Made by a program: the position numbers and the translations under genes. The notes beneath the pieces were generated by a model. That model was not told the origin of the DNA. It searched no databases and saw nothing but the letters and a program-made list of their open reading frames with translations. A DNA stretch of 64,000 nucleotides from assembly GCA_964016885.1 (NCBI GenBank), contig OZ024742.1, positions 170,996,001 to 171,060,000 on the forward strand, read 5' to 3'. This stretch comes from Eledone cirrhosa (taxonomy: Eukaryota). The first letter of the stretch is position 1. Every line of letters begins with the position of its first letter. Shown here piece after piece: positions 34,377 through 47,099 of the stretch.

Positions 34377-36931
34377 CTGCAAAGTAAAGTTTTTGTTTTG
34401 TAAACATATTTTTATCAAGAATTTGATATACGAAGAGAATAGGAGAGAGGAAATAGTTTGTTACAATATGTATATATATATATGTATATATATATAAATA
34501 CATATATATATATATATGAATGTATGTATGTATTTTACTTTGTTAATATCTATTGTCTTTCAGTCTATATTTATAATAGTTCTATTATCAATGTTTATTC
34601 TATTGATTATAGTTTATTACGACACACATATACACACACACATACACACGCACACACACGCACACACACGCGCACACACACGCGCACACACACACACGAA
34701 CACATAAGCATATATATATATGTATATATATAAGCATATACATATACATACAGACATATATAAATATATATGCATACACATGTCTATTATCAATGTTAAT
34801 TCTATTGATTATAGTTTATTACGACACACACACACACATATACACACGCATACACGCACACACGCATACACACACGCACACACACACGCGCACATATGCA
34901 TATATATATGTATATATATAAGCATATACATATACATACAGATATATAAATATATATGCATACACATGTACGCATTCATATATATATGCATATAACGCAC
35001 ACACATATACATACATATAAATGTGTGTGTATATATGTGTATATATGTATGTATGTGTGTGAATGTTTATGTATGTGTTTGTATGTGTACGTATGTTTGT
35101 GTATAGATTGTTATTTCAGCCTTCATCTGAAGAGAGAGTGCCACAGCTTAAGGTAAATTATTCAACATACAAAATAGAATGGATATATTTCATTTACTCA
35201 ATATCTAACTCATCCTGTACAGGTCTAGTTCTATTTCCTTCTCTAAGATCTTCTCTGAGAAGGATAATGTATGGCAAATCATCCATTAGCCTCAACGATA
35301 CCCCAACAGTTGTCTCACCAACTGAAATACTCCTTTGGAAATTAACGAGTGGCTATGTATTCCACAAATATGCCTACCCATCATGCAATCTCAGGCTGAA
35401 TTAGTATAAGAGAGTGTAATGGGTTTGGTCCTATGCCTTGCCGGTACAATCCAGAGAAAAAAATGAAAGAGAAAAGAGGGAGTTAATTTTGAACCCCAGT
35501 ATGAGTCTGGAATTTTCTTTATTGGTTCCGTAATACCGAAAAGCAAAGTTGATCTTGACAGGATTTAAATTAAAATCTCAGAAACCAAGAACACCTTTGG
35601 CAATGTATTCTGTCTTCCCATGCTTTGTAGGTATGGCTGCGTATGTAAGGGATTTGCTTTACAACGATGTGATTTTGGGTTTGGTTCCACACGAGTAGAG
35701 ATGACCTTTCATTTAAATCCGAGGGATTAAATCTTCTCAAGTGCTGGTGCTACGATAAAATGAATCCAGTAAATTCTATAAAGTTGTAGTTTGCCCAAAC
35801 GATTTTGTAAAGTTGCTGACAATAGGGAGGGCATCCAGCTGCAGAAATTATGCCAAATATGGAGTATTTGAGCCAGACATGATTCTCCGATGAGTCTATT
35901 CTCAAAACGCATTGACCCATCCATCATATGACAGCATGGAAAACGGATGTAAAATGATGTTGTTGATGATGATGATAGAAAACGACAAAACATCAAGATT
36001 TTATTAAGTACTACATGGATAGTACTTGATGATGAGGATATTGAAATTGTCAACAACTGCTTGACACCAGATGATATTTTTGTGTCAAAATAACAAAATG
36101 TATTTGGAGATTTGCACTTGCCTTTCAAGATTCTTGTGATGAAACTCAATGTTGGAACAAATATTGGCGAATTTCAGTTATAGGTCGTTCTTATAGGCGG
36201 CATTAGGACCGCAGATTAAATGTCTCAGTATCTGCTCCAACTTTGTCTGCTTGAGTTCTTTGCCTACTATTTTTCTAAGAACAAGTTCAAATGTCGGTGG
36301 ATTGGTAGAAATGTTAAAGACTTGAATCGGATAATTTACGATAGCTGATTAAGCTCTGTGAATTCTAATTTCAAATCCCACTTCCTTCTGTCACAAGTTG
36401 CGACCAGCAGATACTATCAGTAATGGAAAAACCAATAGAAAAATCATTTCCTTTGTCTGAGTTAACGATCAAATACCTTCCCTTGTATTCATTCTCATAT
36501 CAAACCCATACGCTGTATGTTTTAATTGAATCGTCAAAACCATTTCATTTATCATCTGCAACCTTAACCCTTTTGCTACCATATTTCTAAGACATTGCTT
36601 ATGATTTTCAAATAATTTCGAAATTAAACTGATACCGGAGCTTCTCTGACCGCTTCCTTTTCGCACAGGCCGTTGTCGAGACCTCTAGTGTCCTTGGCTT
36701 CCGCACTGCCGATTTCCTCCACGAAATCGAAATATAGTAGCCTGCCTAAGGAAAGATCTCAGTGAGGATGGGTGGCTGTTGCAGCGGGTCTTGCTGGCCT
36801 TCTTCAGCCGAATCACCACACAGACTGGAGTGTAGAGTATGTCCCTCCTTCCCTCTATCTCTCTTTTCTTCTTGCTTCGTTTTCTTTTTTTCTCTTTCTT
36901 CTTTCCCTTTCCTCTTTTTTTATTTAAATAA

Positions 36932-37117
36932 TTGTTTCTACTTTAGGCACAAGGCCAGCAATTACCCAGTGCATTACTGGTACTTTATTTTATCGATCCC
37001 GTAAGGATGAAAGGCAAGGTCAACCTCGGCGGGATTTGAACTCAGATCGTAAAGGGACGTAACTATGCTGGTAAGCATGGCGTCCGACCCTCTACCGATA
37101 CTGCCAATCTACCGCCC
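36932..37117 (-). mobile_element. Full-length SINE of the same family
   Basis: A/B boxes and TSD ttttttatttaaataat. Confidence 0.85.
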
Positions 37118-37826
37118 TTTTTTATTTAAATAATATCTTTAGTCTGACTTTACAATGTCAGTGAGAATTTGGAAGGATTTAGTCATATAATTAAATTTCT
37201 CATTATTAACCTGGTGTTTAGAATATAACTTAGCAAGGTTCCTTAGTTAAAATTATGGGGAAGGCATTTTTTGATAAATATAAACACTTTAAAACAAACA
37301 GTTCAGTTCTGTATCATAAAACGAGGGTTTGTTTGGAAGTGGTTAATTATCAAACGGGTTAAAAAAATAAACTATAACTAGTGTGTGAGATTTTCTTGGG
37401 AGGATGAACCTACCAAATTACACTAACACATGGAAATATGGAAATAGATTCTAAAACATAAATAAAATACAATAGTGAGACCATTTGAATTTTTTGGTTG
37501 AAAATATCACCTATGATTATGTGTATACTGGTTTGTGTGTATGTGTGTGCATGTGAGTATGAGAGCATGTATGTTTGAGATGGTGTGTGCATAAGTGTGT
37601 TAATGTAGGTTTATATGTGTGTATGCGTATGTGCATGTATGTGTGAGAGTGTGTATGTGTCTATGTAAGTGTTTACGTGTGTGTGAGAGACAGTGTTTGT
37701 GATTGTGGTGATGGTGGTGGTGATGGTGTGTTTATGTATTTGTGTCTTTGACATGTATAGTGAATGTGTATGTGCATTTGTGTGTACAATATGTGTAGGT
37801 TATGAGAGCGTGTGTTCAAGAGTGCT

Positions 37827-37860
<34 letters not shown>

Positions 37861-38309
37861 CACCTGTGTTAATGCTAGGTAAACGATATAGAATCGCTAC
37901 TGGGACTGTTAGGGTATTAGAAAGCACTGTTACACAACATATAACTATAAAAACTAAAAATTATTACAACAGAAACAAGTAGCAAATAAAATCAAAAACA
38001 AAAAACAAATATCAAATGAATATAACAAAATTAAAAAATAAATAAAAACAAAAATATTAATGAAATAAAACAAAAATAATTGTTTCTATTTTAGGCACAA
38101 GGCCAGCAATTACCCAGTACATTACTGGTACTTTATTTTATCGACCCCGTAAAGATGAAAAATAATGAATAATTAACACAAATAATGAACACAAATAATG
38201 AACACAAAAACAACAAACAATCCAGACAGTAAATGTAAATAAGAGAGTTTGATACATATAGGGAGATAATTGATAATAGGGATACAGGAAGTAGAGGTTA
38301 TATATATGT

Positions 38310-40165
38310 TATGATGGTGATGGTGGGGATGATAGTGGTGGTAGTGATGGTGATGGTGATGATGGTGGTGATGATGGAGATGATAGTGGTGGTAGTGGTG
38401 GTAGTGATGGTGGTGATGGTGTTGATGGTGGTGATGGTGGTGATGGTGGTGATGGTGTTGATGGTGGTGATGGTGGGGATGGTGGTGATGGTGGTGATGG
38501 TGGTGGTGGTGATGATGGTGGTGATGATGGAGATGATAGTGGTGGTAGTGGTGGTAGTGATGGTGGTGATGGTGGTGATGGTGTTGATGGTGGTGATGGT
38601 GGGGATGGTGGTGATGGTGGGGATGGTGGTGGTGGTGATGATGGTGGTGATGATGGAGATGATAGTGGTGGTAGTGGTGGTAGTGATGGTGGTGATGGTG
38701 TTGATGGTGGTGATGGTGGTGATGGTGGTGATGGTGGTGATGGTGGTGGTGATGATGGAGATGATAGTGGTGGTAGTGGTGGTAGTGATGGTGGTGGTGT
38801 TGATGGTGGTGATGGTGGTGATGGTGGTGATGGTGGTATTGATGGTGATGGTGATGACGGTGGTGATGATGGAGATGATAGTGGTGGTAGTGGTGGTAGT
38901 GATGGTGGTGATGGTGTTGATGGTGGTGATGGTGGTGATGGTGGTGATGGTGGTATTGATGGTGATGGTGATGACGGTGGTGATGATGGAGATGATAGTG
39001 GTGGTAGTGGTGGTAGTGATGGTGGTGATGGTGTTGATGGTGGTGATGGTGGTGATGGTGGTGATGGTGGTAGTGATGGTGGTGGTGATGACGGTGGTGA
39101 TGATGGAGATGATAGTGGTGGTAGTGGTGGTAGTGATGGTGGTGATGGTGTTGATGGTGGTGATGGTGGTGATGGTGGTGATGGTGGTAGTGATGGTGGT
39201 GGTGATGACGGTGGTGATGATGGAGATGATAGTGGTGGTAGTGGTGGTAGTGATGGTGGTGATGGTGTTGATGGTGGTGATGGTGGGGATGGTGGTGATG
39301 GTGGGGATGGTGGTGGTGATGATGATGGTGGTGATGATGGAGATGATAGTGGTGGTAGTGGTGATAGTGATGGTGGTGATGGTGTTGATGGTGGTGGTAG
39401 TGGTGGTAGTGGTGATAGTGGTGGTAGTGGTGGTAGTGATGGTGTTGATGGTGTTGATGGTGGTGATGGTGGTGATGGTGGGGATGGTGATGGTGAAGAT
39501 GGTGTCGGTGGTGATGATCGTGATGGTGTTGATGGTGGTGATGGTGGTGACGATGGTGGTGATGGTGGGATGGTGGCGGCGGTGGTAGTGATGGTGATGG
39601 TGGTGATGGTGGTGATGGTGGTGGCGGTGGTAATGATGGTGGTGGTGGTGATGATGGTGGTGATGGTGGTGATGGTGGTGATAGTGATGATGGTGGTGGT
39701 GGTGATGGTGGTGGTGGTGGCGATGGTGGTGACGATAGTGATGGTGGTGGTGATGGTGGTAGTGGTGATGGTGGTGAGGGTGCTGGCGGTGGCGATGATG
39801 GTCGTGACGATGGTGATGGTGGCGGCGGCGGTGATAATGGTGGTGGTGGTGGTGGTGATGGTGGTGATGGTGATGATAGTGGTAGTGGTGATGATAGTGG
39901 TAGTGGTGGTGGTGGTGGTGGCGGCGGCGGTGGCGATGGTGGTGACGATAGTGATGGTGGTGGTGGTGGTGGTGGTGGCGGTGGTGATTGTGGTGACGAT
40001 AGTGATGGTGGTGATGGTGGTGGCAGTGGTGGCGATGGTGGTGACGATAGTGATGATGGTGGTGGTGGTGGTGGTGGTGGCAGTGGTGGTGATGGTGGTG
40101 GTGACGATAGTGATGGTGGTGACGGTGGAGATGGTGGTAGTGGTGGTGATGGTGGTGATGATGGT
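38310..40165. repeat. Compound (GGT/GAT) low-complexity array with a 117-bp higher-order unit
   Basis: Marker ggagatgatagtgg recurs at 38871, 38988, 39105, 39222 and 39339. Confidence 0.9.
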
Positions 40166-40320
40166 AGACATAGAAAAGATAGATTTTGGTAACTTTGATC
40201 TATCCAGGCTTGATACTCATGTTCTCTCAAGTGTTAAATGGTTTACTTCACCAAGCTAAAGGTGAGCCAGAACTTAGAGAGAAATTGATGAGTTATAAAA
40301 CTGCTTTCTTCTTACATGTA

Positions 40321-40450
40321 TTACACATTGACACTAATGGACATTCTTACACATTGACACTAATGGACATTCTTACACATTGACACTAATGGACATTCTT
40401 ACACATTGACACTAATGGACATTCTTACACATTGACACTAATGGACATTC
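40321..40450. repeat. 26-bp minisatellite, 5 perfect copies
   Basis: (ttacacattgacactaatggacattc)5. Confidence 0.95.
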
Positions 40451-40548
40451 TTAACATATATTTAATCTGTTGACGGCCATGTATATTTGACACAGCTACA
40501 GTTGCTGTGCCAGGGTTTTTTTTTTCCAGTTAAATGACTATTTTAACT

Positions 40549-41560
40549 GGTGGTGGTGATGGTAGAGGTGGTGGTGGTGGTGGTGATGGTGGTGGTGATG
40601 GTGGTGATGGTGATATTGATAGTGATGGTAGTGATGGTGGTGATGGTGGTGGTGGTGGTGGTGATGGTGGTGGTGATGGTGGTGATGGTGATATTGATAG
40701 TGATGGTAGTGATGGTGGTGATGATGGTGGTGGTGGTGGTGATGGTGATGGTGGTGGTGATGGTGGTGATGGTGATATTGATAGTGATGGTAGTGATGGT
40801 GGTGATGATGGTGGTGGTGGTGGTGGTGATGGTGGTGGTGATGGTGGTGATGGTGATATTGATAGTGATGGTAGTGATGGTGGTGATGATGGTGGTGGTG
40901 GTGGTGGTGGTGATGGTGGTGATGGTGGTGGTGGTGGTGGTTGTGGTGGTGGTTGTGGTGGTTGTGGTGGTGGTGGTGGTGGTGGTGATGATGGTGGTTA
41001 TGGTGGTGATGGTGGTGGTGATGGTGGTGATGATGGTGATAGTTGTGGTGGTGGTGGTGGTGGTGGTGGTGGTGGTGGTGGTGGTGATGATGGTGATAGT
41101 GATATTGGTGGTGGTGATGGTGATGGTGGTGATGGTGGTGGTGGTGATGGTGATGATGGTAGTGATGGTGGCGATGGTGGTGATGGTGATGGTGATGGTG
41201 GTGATGGTGGTGGTGATGATGGTGATGATGGTGTTGGTGATAGTGATACTGGTGGTGGTGGTGATGGTGGTGGTGGTGATGTTGTTATTGGGGTGATGGT
41301 GGTGGTGATGGTAGCGGTGATGGTGATGATGCTGTTGGTGATAGTGATATTTGTGGTGGTGGTGGTGAATTTGATGGTAATGGTGATGATGGTGGTGTCA
41401 GTGGTGGGGGTAATAATAATGATTATGCTCGTGATGATAGTGGGGGTAATGGTGCTGGTGGAATTGATGATGATGTTGGTTGTGATGGATAGTGGAGACG
41501 ATAATGGCAATAGTAATGACAATAATGATGACAACATTGATGATGACGATGCGGAATAAT
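40549..41560. repeat. (GGT/GAT) low-complexity array
   Basis: Repeated gatattgatagtgatggtagtgat units. Confidence 0.9.
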
Positions 41561-41638
41561 GAGGATGAAAATTAAAACAACGGTGATGATGTTAATGGCA
41601 ATAACAACGACGCTGATGATTACGATAATGAAAGAAAT

Positions 41639-41832
41639 GGTTTCTTATATAGGCACAAGGCCAGACATTTTTTGGGGAAATTCGATTAAATCGACACCAG
41701 TGCGTGACAGGTACTTTATTTTATCGACCCTGTAAGGATGAAAGGCAAAGTTAACCTCGGCGGGATTTGAACTAAGATTATAAAGGGTCGTAACTCTATG
41801 CTGCAAAAATTGGCGTCCGACCCTCTACCGCT
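41639..41832 (-). mobile_element. SINE copy, long subfamily
   Basis: Retains the gggg..tcgattaaatcgac segment. Confidence 0.75.
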
Positions 41833-42238
41833 CTCACTGATGATTATGATAATGAAAATAACAATAATATTGAAACTCATAGAAAATGTAAGAAACAGAG
41901 ACACTGGCCGAATTTTTCATTCTTAAGAGTGTTTTACAATCATTCATATCAACCAACTGCGTTTTGCAGTTATTTTCTGCATCCGAGTTTCCTACATTTC
42001 CTATCAATTTCATAATACCCCAGCGCTTCGGAAGTTCGATACTGTGCAAACAATAATGGCTTTTGGTTTAGGCACAAGGCCAACCATTTTGGTGGAAGCG
42101 AAAGTCGATTAAATCGACACAAGTTTGTTACTGGTACGTTATTTTATCGAGCCCTTCTAATCTAATCACTAAGATACGGGGCAAACGCAAACTGTAAACT
42201 TAAACTCAAACACAAAATAAACAGACTCACACATATAC

Positions 42239-42310
<72 letters not shown>

Positions 42311-42313
42311 ATA

Positions 42314-42354
<41 letters not shown>

Positions 42355-42508
42355 CCGTATTTTGCTTAAACGAAACATTTAGAATGTTGCAGTTCCTGAA
42401 GTTCTTTGATAAGTATCTAAATACAAAATATGCATATTTTGTGTATAGTCTATATAGAGGTGGAGTTCAGTATTGTTAATGGTATATATTATTTATGTAG
42501 CTTATCGT

Positions 42509-42752
42509 GTCATTCAAACACCAGGATATGAAGAAGGCCATGACACTGGCATAACATGTATTGGGCCTGAAGGATGAAAGGATTCCATAAACAATTAATT
42601 GGAATGTTCTGCATAAAATCTTGTCCTTTTAGAAAGGAAAAAAATGTGTTCATTTTGCTTAAACGAAACATTTAGAATATTGCAGTTCCTGAAGTTCTTT
42701 GATAAGTATCTAAATACAAAACATCAAATTTTCAGAGGGTGCTCCCATATGT
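42509..42752 (+). pseudogene. Degenerate PLE GIY-YIG endonuclease C-terminal fragment
   Basis: SFKHQ..TLA*HVLGLKDERIP*TINWNVL..(frameshift)[27 protein letters not shown], the same pattern as 7838-8101. 42360-42428 duplicates part of it. Confidence 0.6.
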
Positions 42753-42943
42753 GATTCCACCTGATTTCATCATAGAAAAATACAAGCCCGGACAAACAAA
42801 ATGTCACTATCTTGCAACCGGCTTTCTCCACAAACTGGTCATAGACATATATCTGTACACATCAAACTCCACACAAATACAATTTAACACAATAAGCTAC
42901 ATAAATAATATACACATATATAATACACATAGCATTAACAATA

Positions 42944-43128
42944 ATTGTTTCTACTTTAGGCACAAGGCCAGCAATTGCCCAGTACATTACTGGTACTTTA
43001 TTTTATCGACCCCGTAAGGATGAAAGGCAAAGTCAACCTCGGCGGGATTTGAACTCAGATCGTAAAGGGACGTAACTATGCTGGAAAGCATGGCGTCCGA
43101 CTCTCTACCGATACTGCCAATGTACCCT
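42944..43128 (-). mobile_element. SINE copy
   Basis: Near-identical to 36932-37117. Confidence 0.8.
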
Positions 43129-43384
43129 ATCTTTATATAGAGTAAACACATGATCTATATACATACAGTTATATAAACACCCTTTCCACTAGAACTATCC
43201 ATATAGTTCCGCACATAAAATATATAGACTTAAAATATATACACATGGAAACAATATTGAGAATTTAATAACTACAATGATCATTTCAATATATATATAT
43301 ATATATATAGTTAATATGTTTATGTGTAAATACATACTCACACACAAACACTCACATATACACACACACACACACGCACACACA

Positions 43385-43440
<56 letters not shown>

Positions 43441-43445
43441 CATAG

Positions 43446-43524
<79 letters not shown>

Positions 43525-43646
43525 GGAGGTGAGTTTTATTGTAGTACAATAAAGCAATGCAGATATCGGATAAGAAGCACTCTACAGTTTGTAGGATTGG
43601 AGAATACATAATATATAAGAACAAAAGATGGTTAAAAGAGTTCCAT

Positions 43647-43910
43647 GTATTTCATTATGCGCATTTCAAAAACAAATATCATCATGCAATAATATTTGTG
43701 TTTTCATCAGATAAAACAGGAGGACATGATATGAAGGTTAAAAAACACTTGAGGATAATTCAGTTTTAAATCAACATATATGTTGATTTAAAACTGAACT
43801 ATCCACAAGTGTTTTTTAACCTTCATATCATGTCCTCCTGTTTTATCTGATGAAAACACAAATATTATTGCATGATGATATTTGTTTTTGAAATGCGCAT
43901 AATGAAATAC
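43647..43910. ncRNA. Opposed pair of hammerhead motifs (family D): minus 43647-43718, plus 43839-43910
   Basis: gttttat-CTGATGA-aaacacaaatattatt-gc-atgatgatatttgttttt-GAAA-tgcgca-TA-atgaaata, in a palindrome centred at 43778. Confidence 0.75.
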
Positions 43911-43939
43911 ATGGAAGTCTTTTAACCATCTTTTGTTCT

Positions 43940-44071
<132 letters not shown>

Positions 44072-44145
44072 TAAAATAACAGATTAAAGTTTAAGCAAAG
44101 AATCGCTTTGGATTTTAGTCTTTTAGTCTTCAAATTTATTATTAT

Positions 44146-44192
<47 letters not shown>

Positions 44193-44198
<6 letters not shown>

Positions 44199-45032
44199 TT
44201 AAGATGGTGGTTAGGACGGAACAGGAGGAGAAAGGAAGAAAGGAGTTTCCATCGTCAGCTGTAAATGTTTTCCGAACCGATGTTTCGGCGCTGAATTACA
44301 GGACATCGGTGTAGTTCGGGTGCGCCCGAGGCTGTTTATTAATCAAAAGGCCAGGTGGAAAAGGAGAGAGAAAGAGAGAAAAGAAGGGGACAAGAAAAGG
44401 AAAGAGAAAGGGAAAGAGAGGGAAAGGAGGAAGAACAGGGGGGGGTGAGGAGAGAGGAATAAAGGGGGAAGGGAAAGGAATAGGAGAAAAAAAGAGTACA
44501 GGTCCCATTGTGGGAAGACACAGGTGAAAGAAACATGCAAAAGAGAAACCCTGGAAAAATAGGGAAAGTAAGTTGTGGCCAACCTGAGAGACTTTAGCCT
44601 GGTGGTCAGCTACCACTCAGAGCTGGTATAATCGTGCTGCCTCTCACATAGACAGGAGCAAGTGAGAGAGAGACACGGGCAACCAAAAGTGAGGAGGAGA
44701 AGGGAAAGGGAGATAATCCAGAGGGTTTTTTTTTACGACGGTGGTAAAAACGTGCCGCAAAGATTGCGGACAGAGAGGCCACCACGGCACGTGTAAACAT
44801 GTCAACAATCAAAACCGAACGGATGGATAAAGAGGGAGAGGGAGAGAGAAAACTAGAGTGATGAGGAGAAAGGAAGAGAGAAGGGAGGGTCGATGCGAAA
44901 GTATGGAGGGAACACAGATCGACCAAAGGAAGTAGGGTCACAGCGGTTAATACAAAAAGTTATGAAACGAAAGGAGCTGTGTGGTTACTAAAAACAAGGT
45001 TTAGGATGGTGGTTAGGACGGAACAGGAGGAA
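44193..45032 (-). mobile_element. PLE-like partial tandem (~803-bp unit)
   Basis: gttta(a/g)gatggtggttaggacggaacaggagga occurs at both 44197 and 44999. The element abuts (TA)n, and an end fragment recurs at 52243-52324. Confidence 0.55.
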
Positions 45033-45120
45033 TAGGTATTAAAAGTGCAAATTAATTGCGCCCGTAGGCGGTATGCGAAGATGAGCACTCGATGTTCTTG
45101 AGGAGCAGAGTGTCAATAAT

Positions 45121-45262
45121 TGTTTCTACTTTAGGCACAAGGCCAGCAATTACCCAGTGCATTACTGGTATTTTATTTTATCGACCCCGTAAGGATGAAA
45201 GGCAAAGTCAACCTCGGCGGGATTTGAACTCAGATCGTAAAGGGACGTAACTATGCTGGAAA
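45121..45262 (-). mobile_element. 5'-truncated SINE
   Basis: 16-bp TSD gcagagtgtcaataat at 45105 and 45263. Confidence 0.8.
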
Positions 45263-45558
45263 GCAGAGTGTCAATAATAATGTTATATTAGGGAACAAAG
45301 AATCAGTGTTGCAGCTTATACATATTTAATTGCATATTACATATGTTTCACTGTCGATCAGCTCGAGGAACGATCGATTTATGATCGATCCTGACTCTGG
45401 AATCGGAAGCTCCTCAGATATGTGTTACCATGTAGATGCGATTCTACACGGTAACACATATCTGAGGTTAACTTTGCCTTTCATCCTTACGGGGTCGATA
45501 AAATAAAGTACCAGTAATGCACTGAGTAATTGCTGGCCTTGTGCCTAAAATAGAACCA

Positions 45559-45599
<41 letters not shown>

Positions 45600-45610
45600 A
45601 TGTATGTGTG

Positions 45611-45765
<155 letters not shown>

Positions 45766-46184
45766 TTGTGTGTGCATGTCTTTGTGTGTGTGAGTGAGTG
45801 TGTCCGCGTGTGTGAGTATGTATTTACACATACATTTCTGTGTATATGTAAGTATAACAGACAGACTCACGAGTTGCTTCACCTGTACAACAAAAATACT
45901 GAATGTATTGTCATATTATTACCCCTCTTATATCCGACGAGCTTTCATACATGAAATAACGTTCAGCCATGCTGGTTGTGCCCGAAGATAACTAAATTAT
46001 CAGACATAGAATGTTTATGTCTTACAATGGTTCAAGTTTGAAACCTCAGGCAGTATGCAATTATGTTGAAATCTTATGTAATATATTTTTGCTCTGAACA
46101 TTGCATATAGTGCTTCTTTTCTTTCATCTATTTCTTCAGAAAATGTTGGTCCTATGTATGTATATATATATGTATGTATGTTTC

Positions 46185-46426
46185 TCTTTCTCTTAATTTT
46201 GAGTACATTCTTGACCGACCACCGTCCTGGTGGCAAGGTTGTTAAAGAAAAGAAATGGTAATCCCTTGAATCGCAAACATGTTTTGCAAATTTTGAAGGT
46301 GCCAGCTATCGCAACCATTTGTAGTCTATGAATTAGGGACCTGCGCTCTTTGTCAACAAATCCAAGTTCAGTCATACTTTGGTCCAAGCGGGTTGGTATA
46401 TAACCTGTAGCTCCAATAATGGAGAG
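46185..46426 (-). mobile_element. 3' fragment of a related RLE-type LINE in (TACA)n
   Basis: IIGATGYIP..ELGF..LIHRLQ..AIAGTFKICK is homologous to the end of the 47280-47495 ORF. (CATA)n on both sides. Confidence 0.7.
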
Positions 46427-46457
<31 letters not shown>

Positions 46458-46461
46458 GTAT

Positions 46462-47066
46462 GTGCCGTGAAGCTTTTATAGTGAGCAAAGGCACTGCACA
46501 AAGCCAGTCCCACTCTCTTAACCAAGATGATATTTACCAAAAAGAAGAACAAGTCAACTTCATTGGATACCATCAGGGTTGCCGGTGTTATATCAGAGTT
46601 TTCCTTCTCCTAGAATTCTGTCTTGACAAAGGCTAAGGGGTCATCCGGGAGAGATGACCTCTTAGCCTTTGTCAAGGCATAATTCTAGGAGAAGGAAAAC
46701 TCTGATATAACACCTGCAACCCTGATGGTATCCAATGATGTTGACTTGTTCTTCTTTTTGGTAAATATCATCTTGGTTAAGAGAGTGGGACTGGCTTTGT
46801 GCAGTGCCTTTGCTCACTATAAAAGCTTCACGGCACAGGCATTGCTTTATATTTGGAGATCTCTGTGCACTTGTCGTCACATGGTACCATGGGCCCAGCA
46901 CTATGTGTCAGTAATTGTCACAAGTGTAGTGTTTGTACCAGAGTTTTCAAGTCACTGGCTGGACTAAAGAGTCACACTCGTTCAGCGTATCGGTAGGGGT
47001 TTCTCCTACATGGATATAAAGTAGTGGCCGTACTCGAAAACGAGTTGGCAGCCACCATGTATGTAT
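46462..47066 (+). mobile_element. Non-autonomous element with a ~375-bp palindromic 5' part and (ATGT)n tail, probably RTE-derived
   Basis: Arms 46463-46638 and 46662-46836 are reverse complements. They contain CTAGGAGAAGGAAAACTCTG, which I recall from RTE 5' UTRs. Confidence 0.55.
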
Positions 47067-47099
47067 GTTCTTCTGGTTTTATAATTTCACAAAATTTTA

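Noticed and set aside
34581-34960. ~200-bp tandem duplication
   Set aside because: Ordinary microsatellite-mediated local duplication.
35194-35321. Possible minus-strand terminal exon (VGETTVGVSLRL..ELDIE*)
   Set aside because: Poor polypyrimidine tract and no recognisable protein features.
38173-40230. 685-aa Pro/His-rich ORF, considered as a cephalopod His-rich structural protein
   Set aside because: A pure trinucleotide array open in several frames on both strands, with a frame switch mid-array and no signal peptide or GHG-type motifs.
40321-40450. CRISPR-like repeat
   Set aside because: No spacers, a head-to-tail minisatellite, eukaryotic context.
40534-41559. Gly/Asp-rich ORF
   Set aside because: Low-complexity GGT/GAT repeat.
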